Below, one piece after another: positions 11,304-22,963 of a stretch of 64,000 nucleotides of DNA. The notes below the pieces were generated by a model, which saw nothing but the letters and a program-made list of their open reading frames with translations, had not been told where the DNA came from and searched no databases. How positions within the stretch are numbered: position 1 is the first letter of the stretch; every line of letters starts with the position of its first letter. The translations under genes and the position numbers were made by a program. The stretch is from Rebecca billardiae RCC1528 (Eukaryota; Protista; Haptophyta), in assembly GCA_965240325.2 (NCBI GenBank), contig OZ251233.1, positions 1,240,001 through 1,304,000 of the forward strand. The letters run 5' to 3'.

Positions 11304-13478
11304 ATGCGCTGGCTGCACGTCGTGTGCGCGACGCTGCTGCCATGCGCCGCGGCGTCCAGCGCCAGTGGCGCTGGCGACGTCTGCGCGGCGTCGGCAGCGC
11401 ACGCGGAGCGATCGGGCACGCCGCCCCGCCGCATCGCGCGCTGGGGCGACTGGGTGCCACCGGACGCGGCGGAACTGCGCGAGTTTGAGCTCGGCTTCTC
11501 GCAGGCGATCGCTGACAACTCGCACCTGCTCAAGGCGGACCCGACGTCGCGCGGAGCGTACCAAGGCGGCTGCGACCTGAGCCACACGCGCCGGTGCACG
11601 TGGTGCCCGGTGCAAGCGCGCGCGCACGCGCAGGCGCGCAACGGCTCGGCGGCGCTGTTTGCGCACGGCGTCGAGACGATGCTCGACGACCGGCCGCTGC
11701 ACGCGTGGCGCAACGCCGAGCGCGTGCTCGCGAAGCCGAGGACGCACGAGCTGCGCGGCGTGAAGCAGCTCGACTTCTACTGCTCCGCCTTCTTCGACGG
11801 CGGCGCCTTCGTCATCACGCACCGCAAGCAGACGCTGCACAGCACCGACGGCATCACCTTCCAGAAGCGCGGCCGGCCGCGCCTGAGCCCGGACGGCGGG
11901 TTCGACACGTGCCTCTCGCGCGTCGACGACGGGAAGGGCGCGCCCGTGTGGGTCGCGGGCGGCGACGGCGCGGTCTGGTGCGGCGGGCGGCAGCCGAGCC
12001 TGTATGCCCTCGAGCGCAGCGCGGACGGTGGCTTCTCCGGCCGCGTGGCACGCCACGGCGCGCCGCCGCCCACCGCGCGCGCCGCGCGCATGCCGAACTG
12101 CCCGGGTTCGGTGCGCTCGCGCAGGCCCCCGGCGTGGGGCCAGCTCGCCACCAACCGCTCGCTCATCCCGGCGGGCGGCGACGCGTGCACGCACGTCTTC
12201 CACTCCGCCGCGCGGCGGGCGGACGTCGTCTCGACGCGCGCCAACTTTTGCGCCCTCGACGCGATTGGCCAGCAGCACTGGCGGCAGATCCGCGGCGTGC
12301 ACCTGCGCGAGACGCCGTCGGTGCGGCTGCTCAGCAAGACGCAGCTCCCCGCCTCCGAGTTCTGGGTGCCCCGCCTCTCCGCGTACTTCGACCTCGAGAG
12401 CAAGGCAGATCATTACCGCATGCAGGCATATGCGCTGTACGCAGCACCCTACCCCGCGCCGGCCGTGCCCGCCGCCGCGCCGCCCGAGGGGGAGGGCGAC
12501 GCGCTCATCGTGGGCGTGCAGGTGGTGCTCAACTACGCGAAGGCGGCGGACATGCCGCTCTTCGCGCGCAACTGCTCCGCCGTGCGCGGCGGCGCCGCGC
12601 TGTGCGACACGGCAGACGCGTATCTCGTGACCTCGCGCGATGGGATCCACTTTGACGCCGGCTGGGTGTACGCGCGGCAGCCGTTGGTGCAGCGCGGGAC
12701 GCGGCGCTCGGACCCGGACGGCGGCATCATCACGCCGTGCGGCGCGCCCGTCTTCGCGAACGGTCAGACGTGGCTCTTCTACGCCGGCTACCCCGGCTCG
12801 CACGAGAAGCGCGGCAAGCCGACGGCGTACGGCGCGCGATGGCCGATGCACGCGCTCGTCGCCCTCGAGCCGGCCAACGCGAGCGAGCCCGCGCAGGTGT
12901 GGATCCGCGAGTTCGAGCTCGAGCTGGGCGGAGGCGCGGCGCTGTCGGCGGTCGACGTGCTCGTCGGCCGCACCGACGCGGCGGCGGGCGGCGCGGCGGC
13001 GGGCGGCGTGCCGGCGGCGGGCGTCGTGCAGCTCAGCCTCGAGCACGTGAGCGGCATGGCAGACCTGCCGTGCGGCGCGGTGCTCGACCGCGTCACCCAC
13101 ACACTCGCGCCACTCGCGCGGCCGATCGCGGCGGGCGAAGCGCGGAGCGGTCTGCAGGATGAGGGCGACGCCGACTCGCCATGCACGGTGCGCGTGGGCG
13201 CACTCAGCGCGCACCGCAGCACACCGCACGCCGCGGCGACGGTGCGCGTGAGGCTGCATGTTCGGCTCGAGCGTGCGCGCATCTATGCGCTCGCGCGCGC
13301 ATCCATGGCGGCAGGGGTCCGCTCCACTTCCGCCGCTGCGAAGAAAGCCTCCGCAGCTCACCACGCGGGCAAGCCGTCGCACGATCGGGGGCGCGATGCC
13401 AGCACCGCCTTTGGAGTTCGAGTCGGTCACAGTCGCGCGCACCCACTGGCGCCCCATGCGGCATGTGCCGAACGATGA
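11304..13478 (+). CDS. Secreted protein, possible glycoside-hydrolase-like beta-propeller
   Basis: Signal peptide MRWLHVVCATLLPCAA. Asp-box-like HSTDGITF and TSRDGIHFD, and WLFYAGY, are typical of sialidase or five-bladed propeller families. Coding-like GC3. Confidence 0.7.
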   Translation: MRWLHVVCATLLPCAAASSASGAGDVCAASAAHAERSGTPPRRIARWGDWVPPDAAELREFELGFSQAIADNSHLLKADPTSRGAYQGGCDLSHTRRCTWCPVQARAHAQARNGSAALFAHGVETMLDDRPLHAWRNAERVLAKPRTHELRGVKQLDFYCSAFFDGGAFVITHRKQTLHSTDGITFQKRGRPRLSPDGGFDTCLSRVDDGKGAPVWVAGGDGAVWCGGRQPSLYALERSADGGFSGRVARHGAPPPTARAARMPNCPGSVRSRRPPAWGQLATNRSLIPAGGDACTHVFHSAARRADVVSTRANFCALDAIGQQHWRQIRGVHLRETPSVRLLSKTQLPASEFWVPRLSAYFDLESKADHYRMQAYALYAAPYPAPAVPAAAPPEGEGDALIVGVQVVLNYAKAADMPLFARNCSAVRGGAALCDTADAYLVTSRDGIHFDAGWVYARQPLVQRGTRRSDPDGGIITPCGAPVFANGQTWLFYAGYPGSHEKRGKPTAYGARWPMHALVALEPANASEPAQVWIREFELELGGGAALSAVDVLVGRTDAAAGGAAAGGVPAAGVVQLSLEHVSGMADLPCGAVLDRVTHTLAPLARPIAAGEARSGLQDEGDADSPCTVRVGALSAHRSTPHAAATVRVRLHVRLERARIYALARASMAAGVRSTSAAAKKASAAHHAGKPSHDRGRDASTAFGVRVGHSRAHPLAPHAACAER

Positions 13479-13592
13479 AATGATATATGAATTATGATGC
13501 TGCTGATGATATTGAAATCCACGCGTCGTCAAGCAGCAGTTTAAAATTAAAATACTACGACTGCTGTTGAAACTCCCGCGCTCGTTTCCACG

Positions 13593-14939
13593 ATGGCGCC
13601 GCATCGCTTCTCGACGCGTCGGGTCGCGCTCGTGCTCCTCGTGGGCGCGCCGCCTGCGCTCGCGTGGGCGGCAACGCGCCCAGCCCACGCTGGTCTCGTC
13701 GCTCGCGCGCCTCGCCTCGGCCGTGTGGCGCGAGCGCACGTGCCATCGGCGCTGATGTGCGCTCTGGGTGGCGGCAGCGGTGGCGGCGGCGCGGGCACGC
13801 CTGGCGGGCGCGGACGTGGCGGGGACGGTGGAGGCGGGGACGGCGCGGACGACGAGTACTCTCGCCTCTGGCCCTTCTTCATCCCGCTCCTCCACGCGGC
13901 GAACAAGGGCCTGCTCGCGTGGGCGGTCGCCCCCGAGCTGCGCGATCTCGTCGTGCGCGTGGTGGACGTCGGCTTTCTCGGCTTCTTCGGCGGGCTCGCG
14001 GCGCTGGCGACGGCCGCGCCGGCACACGCGCTGGTGGGGCTGCGCCTCGCGCTCGTCAAGGTGGGGCTCGCGCACATGCTCCTCGAGACGCTCGTGAACG
14101 GCATCCTCCTCCCGCTGCACAGGTGCCCCGACAAGGTGCGCTGCGGTGCGCTGCGCTGTGGCGCGCTGCACTGTGGCTGCGGTTGCGCACTGTGGCTGCG
14201 GTTGCGGTGCGGCTACGGCTGCCGCTGCCGCTGCCGCTGCGGTGTGGTGTGTGGTGTGTGGTGTGTGGCGGTGCGTCCAGCGTGTGGTCCGGACGAGGCG
14301 CGGGCCGCAGTGTGGGCAGCAGCGTGTGGCGCTAGCGTGCTCGCCCCTCGCCCCGCGCGTGCCCGGCCCGCTCGCGCGCTGAGGCGCACACCGTGCGCGG
14401 CCCGCCTATGCTCGGCGCGCGCGGCGCAGGGCGCGCGCTCGCCGACGCTGCGGCCGGGCATCTGGGCCCACCACGTGCTGGCGGCTATCGCGTTCAGCGC
14501 TGTGCTGGTCTCGGGCGCGTACGCGCAGGATGCAGTCTTCCTGTGCACGACGGAGGTGACCGCCGCGCTGCCGCCCGCGCTGCAGGAGATGCGGCGCGCG
14601 AGGCGCGAGCGCGCCGAGCCCGAGCTCGCCGCCTCCCTCGTGCTGCTGATGCTCACGGGCTTTGCGTTCCGGTGCGCGGTCTCGTGGGCCGTCGTGGTGC
14701 CCAACGCGCGGCCGTCGGTCCGCGCGATGCTCGAGCTCGCGCGCGGCGAGGCGGCCGCCCCGGGCGTGGCCGCGGCGCGCGGCGTCGTGTGGTCGTGCGC
14801 CGTCGGGCTGGGCGCCCTCAACTGCCACTGGATGCACCGCGTGCTGCTCGGCGCGCGCAAGGCGGTCGCGAAGGCGCGCGGAGGGGCGGGCGCGAGCGGC
14901 GGCAAGTCGGCGCGTGCGCCGGCGGCGGCCGGTGCATGA
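13593..14939 (+). CDS. TLC (TRAM/LAG1/CLN8) domain membrane protein with one in-frame intron at 14136-14429
   Basis: IWAHHV, TTEVT, GFAFRC and LNCHW match the TLC HH / E / F-R / LN-W pattern. AAG|GTGCGC...GCGCAG|G removes a low-complexity stretch. The start is uncertain (13593 or 13755). Confidence 0.75.
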   Translation: MAPHRFSTRRVALVLLVGAPPALAWAATRPAHAGLVARAPRLGRVARAHVPSALMCALGGGSGGGGAGTPGGRGRGGDGGGGDGADDEYSRLWPFFIPLLHAANKGLLAWAVAPELRDLVVRVVDVGFLGFFGGLAALATAAPAHALVGLRLALVKVGLAHMLLETLVNGILLPLHRCPDKVRCGALRCGALHCGCGCALWLRLRCGYGCRCRCRCGVVCGVWCVAVRPACGPDEARAAVWAAACGASVLAPRPARARPARALRRTPCAARLCSARAAQGARSPTLRPGIWAHHVLAAIAFSAVLVSGAYAQDAVFLCTTEVTAALPPALQEMRRARRERAEPELAASLVLLMLTGFAFRCAVSWAVVVPNARPSVRAMLELARGEAAAPGVAAARGVVWSCAVGLGALNCHWMHRVLLGARKAVAKARGGAGASGGKSARAPAAAGA

Positions 14940-15409
14940 GGTGGGCCCTGCAGATGGCAGATGGCGAGACTTGAGTCAGACTCAGCGGCTCGTCGCACGG
15001 TGTCAGCCCAGGTTTCGCAACTTACCGCGCTGACTTGCTGACTTGCTTAGCTATAATGTCGTTGTTAGACTGAAGAAGAAGCGTGGGTGCTCCCTACCGC
15101 CGTAAACCGCGCGTGTGCCCGGTGTGGGCGATAGGTCCACCGGAAGGCGACTGTCAGGCGGGGCTAAGACCGCCCCGAAGGGGCAGGCGGACATGATGTC
15201 ACATCATCACGGATGATGCGTCGGGCAGCCCCAAAACCAGGGTTTGGGGCTCCGGACTGGCGGCCGAGATAGTGCCGGATCGTGCCTCCGCCGGTACGTA
15301 CGGGTAGGTAGATGCGGAAATAACTTGCGCCCGCGACTCCTGTCTCCTGTGGAACGGTGTCACCGAGGACTGGTGCCCAGTCTGACACTTGACAGTCGTC
15401 AGTTATATG

Positions 15410-15570
15410 ATGGCGCACGGCCCCCCCGAAAGGTCTGAGCGGCACTGAGCGAAAGCCGCGGGCCGGCGCGGGCCGGCGCAGGGCAGTGGCACTGGCGCCG
15501 GGCGCACGTGCTCCGCAAAATCGCCGCCGAAAAAGATATAATGGCGCGCGTGATTTTGGGGATCCATATG
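15410..15570. mobile_element. Degenerate solo copy of the ATGGCGCACG terminal repeat family
   Basis: ATGGCGCACG-Cn-GAAAGGTCTGAGCG..TGAGCGAAAGCCG..GGCGCACGTGCTCCGCAAAATC, as at 20802, with many small insertions. Confidence 0.75.
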
Positions 15571-15645
15571 ATTTACGGAATTCGGAGCAGCAGGGAATGG
15601 CGGGCCGTTAAAAGAGTGTAGTCGGAATAATTATAATAAAGCCTT

Positions 15646-15890
15646 ATGGCCCGCGGCGCGGTGCAGGGCGGAGCGCGCAGCGCGGAGCCCGCAGTGCGGG
15701 CCCTGAACCACGTTTCAAAAAGATCTTTGATCAAGAAAAAAGGGACGGACGATTTTCAGGGCTGGAGGAGACCGAGTCTTTCGATTTTTTGAGACCTCCT
15801 TTAGCATGCATCAGGCACGAAATCGGGGCACGTCCGAAGATTCCCCTATTCAATCGTGGACGGGACGAAGCCTGGCCGTGACTTTATTAG
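15646..15890. repeat. Dispersed repeat, inverted relative of 995-1256
   Basis: See 995-1256. Confidence 0.7.
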
Positions 15891-16760
15891 CGAAACGGTT
15901 CGTTACCGGAGCGATTTTGTTTGAGTCGTAGTGAGATGCCGCGAACCGATGTGACCATGTACGTCCCTTGAATCAGTTGAATCAACTATCCAATCGCGCC
16001 GTGTCTGTATCAGGAGCCGACAAGGCAAGGGTCTCAGTAGCCGAACGGCCAACCTCGGCGTATCTCGTCAATACTATCTGTGACACGAAGCGGGAGCCGG
16101 GCCCGGCCCCGGGCGCGCGGCGGGCCGGCGGCTTGCGTTTTGTTGTACGCCGGTTGCGGAGGAGGCGAGGGCGCCACGAGCGACCGACTCGTCGCACTCG
16201 CGAGGGACCGGGGTGAGGACGGCGATTGGCAGGTACGCGCGGCGAGTGGCGCCTGGAGCGCGCGGCTGCGGCGGGTCCCGACTGCCGTCGACATCGCGTT
16301 CGTGCCCCCGCTCACTCCGCGCGCCCCCGCCGCCCCGTGTCGATGCCTGCGCGCGGCCGCGCGCGTCGGGCGCCCGTGCCGCGCCGCGGCAGCCGCCCTG
16401 TATTCGGGCTCTCGCAAGCTCGGGGGCAGCGGCGCCTGATGCCGGACTGATCGATCTCTGAGTCTTCGACTTCACCACGCGCCGCCCTTGCCATGCCTTT
16501 CCGGGGTCTCCCAGAACTCTTCTTGAGAGCAGGCGCGCCGACGATCCGAGTCCATCGTCGGTCGACTCTGAGCGAGGGCTACGCCTCGGAACTGAACGGT
16601 ACTCTACGAGGAGGACGAGCTGCGCGGGCGACGGTGGTGCGTGACGTCCCCAGAGCTGGCCGTGCCTCTGCAACGCGTGCCGAGCCTGATCGAGGTGTGT
16701 CAGCGGCCCGTGCACGCGCTGCGAGTGCGCGAACCGGATCACCGGTGCCCTCGCACCTCG

Positions 16761-17063
16761 GCACCGTGCTCCCTCGGGCTGTCAGCTCCGCGTGGCCTGG
16801 CGTGCACGTAGAGTTGCGCTCATGCGTCGATCACGCCTCGCGCCCGCCTGTCGGCCGTCGCGCAGGCGCTGGTCGAACCCTACTCGGACCAGTGCAAATC
16901 ATCTCAATCCTGGCACTGCCGGCGCGCGGTGACCGCGGACAGCGGTCAGCAGCAGGCGCAGCGGCCCGAACGAATCCGCGGCCCCGCACCGTGCTCCCTG
17001 GCTGTCAGCTCCGCGTGGCATGGCGTGCACGTGGAGTCGCGCTCATGCGTCGATCACGCCTCG
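16761..17063. repeat. Pair of ~80-bp direct repeats (16761-16840 and 16986-17063)
   Basis: GCACCGTGCTCCCT..GGCTGTCAGCTCCGCGTGGC.TGGCGTGCACGT.GAGT.GCGCTCATGCGTCGATCACGCCTCG occurs twice. Confidence 0.85.
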
Positions 17064-17633
17064 TCGCATCCGCCTGTACACAATCGGCGCCGCGCCGGCG
17101 GCTGCGATGGGCCCGCCCGGCGCGGCGGGCGGCGGCGCGCCGCTGGATGGAGTCTACGGGTTCAAACCCCCAGTTTCCAGGTCTCTCTTCGGAGAGCGTG
17201 CGAATCTGCGATGAAGGATGGCGCGGCAACCTGCCACCGTGAGCCTTACGCACGTTAAAACAAATAAACTGTAGTTGTACGGGCATGCAACTGCCAACTG
17301 GTCTGTCAATGACAATAGACGACTGCGCGACGGAGGGTGCACCGCCACCGCGGGCCCCGAACTACTACGTTCGTTCTGAAACGGAAAAGGACCGCGGAAC
17401 ATTCCTTTGGCGGAACGCGGTCATAAATAGAGTTGAACTCGATCCGGAGTCGGCCGGGCGGCCCCCACTGCTCTGAATTGCGATTCCCGTGAGACCCGTC
17501 CTGGCCGGGCCCGCCAAGCGGTACCATTCCGCCTCCAACGTGATGAATAGATTCTCGGAACCAATACAAAAAAATAGTCATACATTAGCTAGTGCCCTAG
17601 TCATAGTACGTGTACGGGTGATGACGGGCGGGC

Positions 17634-18827
17634 ATGAAGCCTCCAGTCAACTTCATTTTGGCCATGGCGAGCCGCGCGCTTGCAGCGCTGCTGCTGGCAA
17701 CGGCGCTGCGACAGAGCGCGGGCGCCCGCCCGCCCGCCGCATTCGACGTCACGTACGAGCCCGCCGCGGCCGAGCGCAAGTGGCTCGTGGGCCAGCTGGA
17801 GCGCGGCCGGTGGGTGCACGCGACGCCGGTCGAGGGGCGGATTTGCCGCACAGCCAACGCGCGTGAGCAGATCGCGCAGCAGAAAACAGCGCTCCGTGCT
17901 GCGGACGCGGCGTTCGCGCACGAGGATGTGGTGCGCACCGCATCGGACGCCCTCTCGCGCCTCACCATCTGCCAGCCTGGCCCCTCTCGCGGCGGTGGCT
18001 CGGGTGATGCACCGCCGTGCGACATCGAGCCAATTGAGCCGCTCTCGGGCGTGGCGCGCCATCCGTTGGTCGAGATCGGCTGCGGGCTGCGCGCGAACAC
18101 GGGCGTGATGAACGTGAGCAAGTACAACCTCACCCATCTCGTTTTCGCCTCCCGCTGCCCGCGCAAGGGCTCGGGCGTGGTGCCGAGAGTGCGCTTCCCG
18201 CAGGCGGCTATGTCGTCCGGCCCACCCGCGCCGCGCGCGCTGCTCTTCGACGCCGGCTGCGGCTCGACGTTCGCAGCTGGGCCGCTCACGAGCGACACGG
18301 CGCCGCTGCGCGACGGCCCGACCCCGCCTCTCTCGCTCCCGCTCTTCGCCCGCATGTACGAGGCGCAGTGCATCCGCTTCGACGAGCTGCACGGCTGGGA
18401 GGCAGATCCGGCGGACAAGGCGTTTTGGTGGCAGGGCGTGCCGCACGAGCTGCGGCCGCGGGTGCACTTCCACAACGTGCCCGTTGTGCCCGGCGACCCG
18501 ACCACCGACGTGCTGCTTCACATCGTGCGTACCGCCCGCCCCGAGGACTTCGTGGTGCTCAAGATCGACATCGACAACTTTAAGGTCGAGTACGATCTGG
18601 TCTCTGAGATTCGGACGAACCGGCGCGGCACGAACGTCTCGGCGCTGATTGACGAGTTCTTCTTCGAGTACCACTTTCGGGTGCGCAAGGAGATGCCCGT
18701 GAAGGGGTATCGCTCGATCATGCCATTCTGGCGCGTGCTGGGCAAACGCGGCCATTCGGTTGATGACGCGCTTGCGCTCATGCGCGAGTTCCGACAGCTC
18801 GGCATACGCTCGCACTTTTGGGTCTAG
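17634..18827 (+). CDS. Secreted FkbM-like methyltransferase-fold protein
   Basis: Signal MASRALAALLLA (ATG about 17664). Motifs LLFDAGC, LHGWE, DFVVLKIDID, IDEFFFEYH and C-terminal FRQLGIRSHFW. Confidence 0.75.
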   Translation: MKPPVNFILAMASRALAALLLATALRQSAGARPPAAFDVTYEPAAAERKWLVGQLERGRWVHATPVEGRICRTANAREQIAQQKTALRAADAAFAHEDVVRTASDALSRLTICQPGPSRGGGSGDAPPCDIEPIEPLSGVARHPLVEIGCGLRANTGVMNVSKYNLTHLVFASRCPRKGSGVVPRVRFPQAAMSSGPPAPRALLFDAGCGSTFAAGPLTSDTAPLRDGPTPPLSLPLFARMYEAQCIRFDELHGWEADPADKAFWWQGVPHELRPRVHFHNVPVVPGDPTTDVLLHIVRTARPEDFVVLKIDIDNFKVEYDLVSEIRTNRRGTNVSALIDEFFFEYHFRVRKEMPVKGYRSIMPFWRVLGKRGHSVDDALALMREFRQLGIRSHFWV

Positions 18828-18838
18828 TCTCTAATCTA

Positions 18839-19393
18839 GGGCTCCGGCTCCGGTCCACCCCCCCCCCCCCCCAGCTCCGTTACGTCTCGGCCCCGAGCCG
18901 AAGTCAACCAAGCGGACCATGCAGCAGAGTCCCTTCCGAGTGATCCGACCCCCTATTGAGTATTGATGACTTCAACGACGAGAAATGTCGCATCCGACCA
19001 CCTCCCAATTACCAATAGGTTCAGGGCTCTATTTTACTATGTAATTACGACCCGTCCCTTATTCAGATTTCATTATTTTCAGCACAGCTAGTCCGGGAGC
19101 GTTCTGGATACCTGTATACATATGCGAAAGTGTCGCCCGGACTGCTGGGTATTTAGTTATAGAAAATAGAGTCTGAACCTATTGGAGGTCGGGCTGATGA
19201 TGTGATGATCCATCTGGCCGTAATGTCGTCCGCAACTCAGTCAGGGACCGCGCCTGTGGTGGTCTAGGAGCTAGACAGTAGCAGCTAGTGTAGATCATCA
19301 GAGGCAGCGATCCCGCCGATTGCAGTGTCAAGATCACTAGATGTAACGCTCCAGTGACCGGACTGGGGGGGGTGGACCGAAGCCGCGGAGCCC
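18839..19393. mobile_element. Fold-back MITE with GGGCTCC...GGAGCCC termini flanked by TA
   Basis: Terminal inverted repeats GGGCTCCG..CGGTCCACCCCC, plus an internal inverted pair CCAATAGGTTCAG..CTCTATTTT (~19012-19035) and AAAATAGAG..TGAACCTATTGG (~19163-19185). Confidence 0.75.
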
Positions 19394-19694
19394 TAGATAG
19401 AGTCTAGCTGACTGAGTGAGTGACACTCTTACTCTAGGCTTCTCTAGACGACGACAAGACTAGCCGTCAGTAGTCTAACTAGATTATAGCTAGCTAAATG
19501 GCGCCATGGCGGGCCGTAGGTCCGCCCCTTGTCTCTATCAGTCGGCCCGGGAAAAATAAAATAATATAAATAAAATAATTAATAAAATCGCCTCGCCAAG
19601 AAAAGAAAATCGCCTCGCTCACTACCGGGCGCCCTCGCAGCTCCCACTGCCAGCCAGGGACGCTCTGGACACGGCATCATCATTATTCATTATT

Positions 19695-20647
19695 GGCTCC
19701 GGTCACTGTCCGGGACGTCCAGCAGGGGTGCATTCAGGCTCTCTGGGGGGGTCTGGGGGGGGCTCCCCCCAGCCGATCGAAGGACCAAATACGCCTCAAT
19801 AAGGCCCCAACTCGCCAGAATTCGCATAGCAGACCGTGTGACTCGCTGGTGTTGGCTGAGGGCTGCGTCGTGCGGCGTCGGCTCTGCGCCGGGCGGCCAT
19901 GACGCATTGCACACAGCCCCGATATCGGCGCCTCCCTCGCGAGTCAAGACGGTAGCGTAGTGCAGGATCGAGCAACGCATTGACCGCTGCGGCGCACCGC
20001 GCAGGCCACGCCGCACCTCAGCACTCGCGAACAAGCTCTGAGCCAGCCAGCTGTGGCAGTCCTCTGAGGAGCTGCAGCCAAGCACGAGCTCGTGCGCATA
20101 CCCGTGGCACCACGAGCTGACGGCGCGGCCCGGGGCGCGAGCAGCTAGAAGCCGACAAGCTCATGCGCACGCCCGCACCGCCGCGAGGTGTGGCCGCCGG
20201 CGCGAGCAGCTCGACGCGGACAGCGCGCAGCTTGCTCGAGTCGACGAGCAGCTTCTCGCCCATCGGTGACTCTCAGTGCACGAAGGTGCACCCGAGGCGC
20301 GAGCGCGACAGGGTGCCGCGGCCAACCAGCGGATGCGCCCGGATCAAGGCCTCCAAGACGTCTCGTCTCCTCGCCCGCTCGGCGGCGCTCCATCGTGCGA
20401 GAGACCGGTCCGGGAGCCCAAAAAAAAGTTCAGCACGATGGAGTCCTCCGTGTTCGACTGTGACGACGCGTTCAAACACGTCGAGGCGTGAGAAGACGTC
20501 GATTACTTCGATGAGGACTACGTTACTTCGTCCGCCGCCCCGGAGATCTTTCGATTGGTACCCTCATCGCCCTCTGGCTCCCAGGGGTTCGTCTAAATGC
20601 ACCCCCCCCCATAGGGTCAGTGGACGTCCCTGACTGTGGCTGGAGCC
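19695..20647. mobile_element. Degenerate non-autonomous TIR element with GGCTCC ends
   Basis: Left GGCTCCGGTCACTGTCCGGGACGTCCA..GGGGTGCATT versus right AATGCACCCC..TGGACGTCCCTGACTGTGGCTGGAGCC. The interior has only broken ORFs. Confidence 0.6.
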
Positions 20648-22465
20648 GCCTATTCATCATTGCCGCCGCAATCATTGCATCGTCCTACGACGGCTCGGAG
20701 TAGATGCCAGAGTGCCCAGACGCAGTGCCAGTGAGCCCTATAGTTCAAAGTAGCTATAACTAGTTGATGATGAGTAGTATAATCAGAGCCGTCAGTTATT
20801 TATGGCGCACGCCCCCCCCCCCCCCCCCCCGAAAGGTCTGAGCGTGAGCGAAAGCCGGGGGGGGGGGGCGGCGCACGTGCTCCGCAAAATCAAAAAGAGG
20901 ATGCGCGCAGGATTTTGGGGTTTTTTGTAGGTGGATTTAGGTGTGCACACCGCATAGAGACCCGATATCGCTGCCAATGATTGCGCGTTTCTAGTGGACG
21001 TTAATTTTAACGATATAGTAACTACACCGAGTTACTAGGGGAATGCAGGGTGTCAGAATGAATTAAATATAGTACATGATCGGCTACGCCGATCTTCGGG
21101 TAGTAAACAACGAAGTTGAGGGCGCACGGCCCTAGTTGTCGCGTTCTGACACTGTTCCAGTAGTACTTCAGTCTTCACGAATCGCGCAGCCCACGAGTTG
21201 ACACGTTATTCGGTGAGCCGAGCAGCCGGCTTGTGTCGGACTTGCCTGCGGAGAGCAGCAACTGCCTGCCGTCGCAACTGCCTGCTCGGTCATCGGCTGC
21301 TCACAGCTCAGTGACCCAGTACTTCACGAATCGCGCAGCTCATCGTGAGCAGCAGCCGGCTTGTGACTTGTGTCGCGACACGGTCGTACCGCGGTCCGAC
21401 GGTGCATGAGCCGTGACGGTCCGCGCGGACTGCGCGGAGCCGAGGCCCATCATGCTGCTCACAGCTGTCAGTGACAGTGAGTAACGGCGACGCAGCGAGG
21501 CAGAGCGGCGCGCAAGATGATGTGACTCATCGACTGCATCAATAATTCCAAGCACACTCGGTCTCGCGGGTCTATAGTTAGCCGCCTCACAGCTCGTCTC
21601 CACAACGGGGCTGCCGAGCCCGCCGCCGAGCCCGAGCCCGACCGGGCACTCCGGCGCCGGTCACCGAGCCCTTGAATCACCGCTGTCAGCTGCCTGGCTC
21701 ACTGCCACTCCGCCACCCACAGCCACCAGTTACCGCCGCCACAATCACCGCTACAGTCCCCCCCGTCGAGCCCGCCACCATCACCGCCTACATCGCCGCC
21801 GCCAAGCCCGCCGCCGCGCCCGCACGGGCACCTGACGAGTGACGTCGCTGCGCACATCGCCGCCACCAAGCCGGCTGCCATCACCGCCACCATCACAATC
21901 GCAGCCCGGACCCCGCCGCCGAGCTCGCTGCTGAGCCCGCTGCCGTCGTAGCCGCCAGCGGTCGCCACCGATGACCGAGCAGGCAGTTGCAGCGACTCGC
22001 TCGGAAACGCACGACTTCGTCCTGCAAATGCTTCCCGGCGACTTGTCGACTGACGGGAAGCTGGAAAAGACGGCGGCGTGAGTGTTGGTACCATCGATGT
22101 GGAGCATTAGCGTCCGCTTGCATTCGTGCTGAGAAGGGGTACACAAGGCTAGGCCTTCGTCGTGGGTATCCAATGTCACTCAACACCTTGCTGATCGACC
22201 CGACGACGAGTGTCCGGCGTGAGCGGCACAGCAAACTACCATTCGTGCGAGCAACGCGGAGGACGGCGCTCGGGGCAAAGTGAGGCACACTGCCGCTGCG
22301 CAGCGGGCCGAGCGCGGCGCATCCTCCGCGGACCGACTCGGCCGAAGCCGCGCCTCACGCCGTGCGCAGCCTCACCGCCCGAGTCCTCCGCTGATTCCGC
22401 TCCGCTCGCACCAGCCGCCGAGGCAAACACTCAAACTACGACCTACCCGGCCTTAGTTAGCTTGC

Positions 22466-22954
<489 letters not shown>

Positions 22955-22963
22955 AAATATATA

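Noticed and set aside
11100-14171. 1023-aa minus-strand ORF and similar overlapping ORFs (36063-38222, 56155-58944, 51176-52486, 17601-18815)
   Set aside because: They are stop-poor shadow frames of real high-GC genes, with Arg/Ala-rich composition and no motifs.
20830-20860. Hammerhead-like CTGA...GAAA in the TIR
   Set aside because: The core reads CTGAGCG rather than CTGANGA, and there is no convincing stem arrangement.
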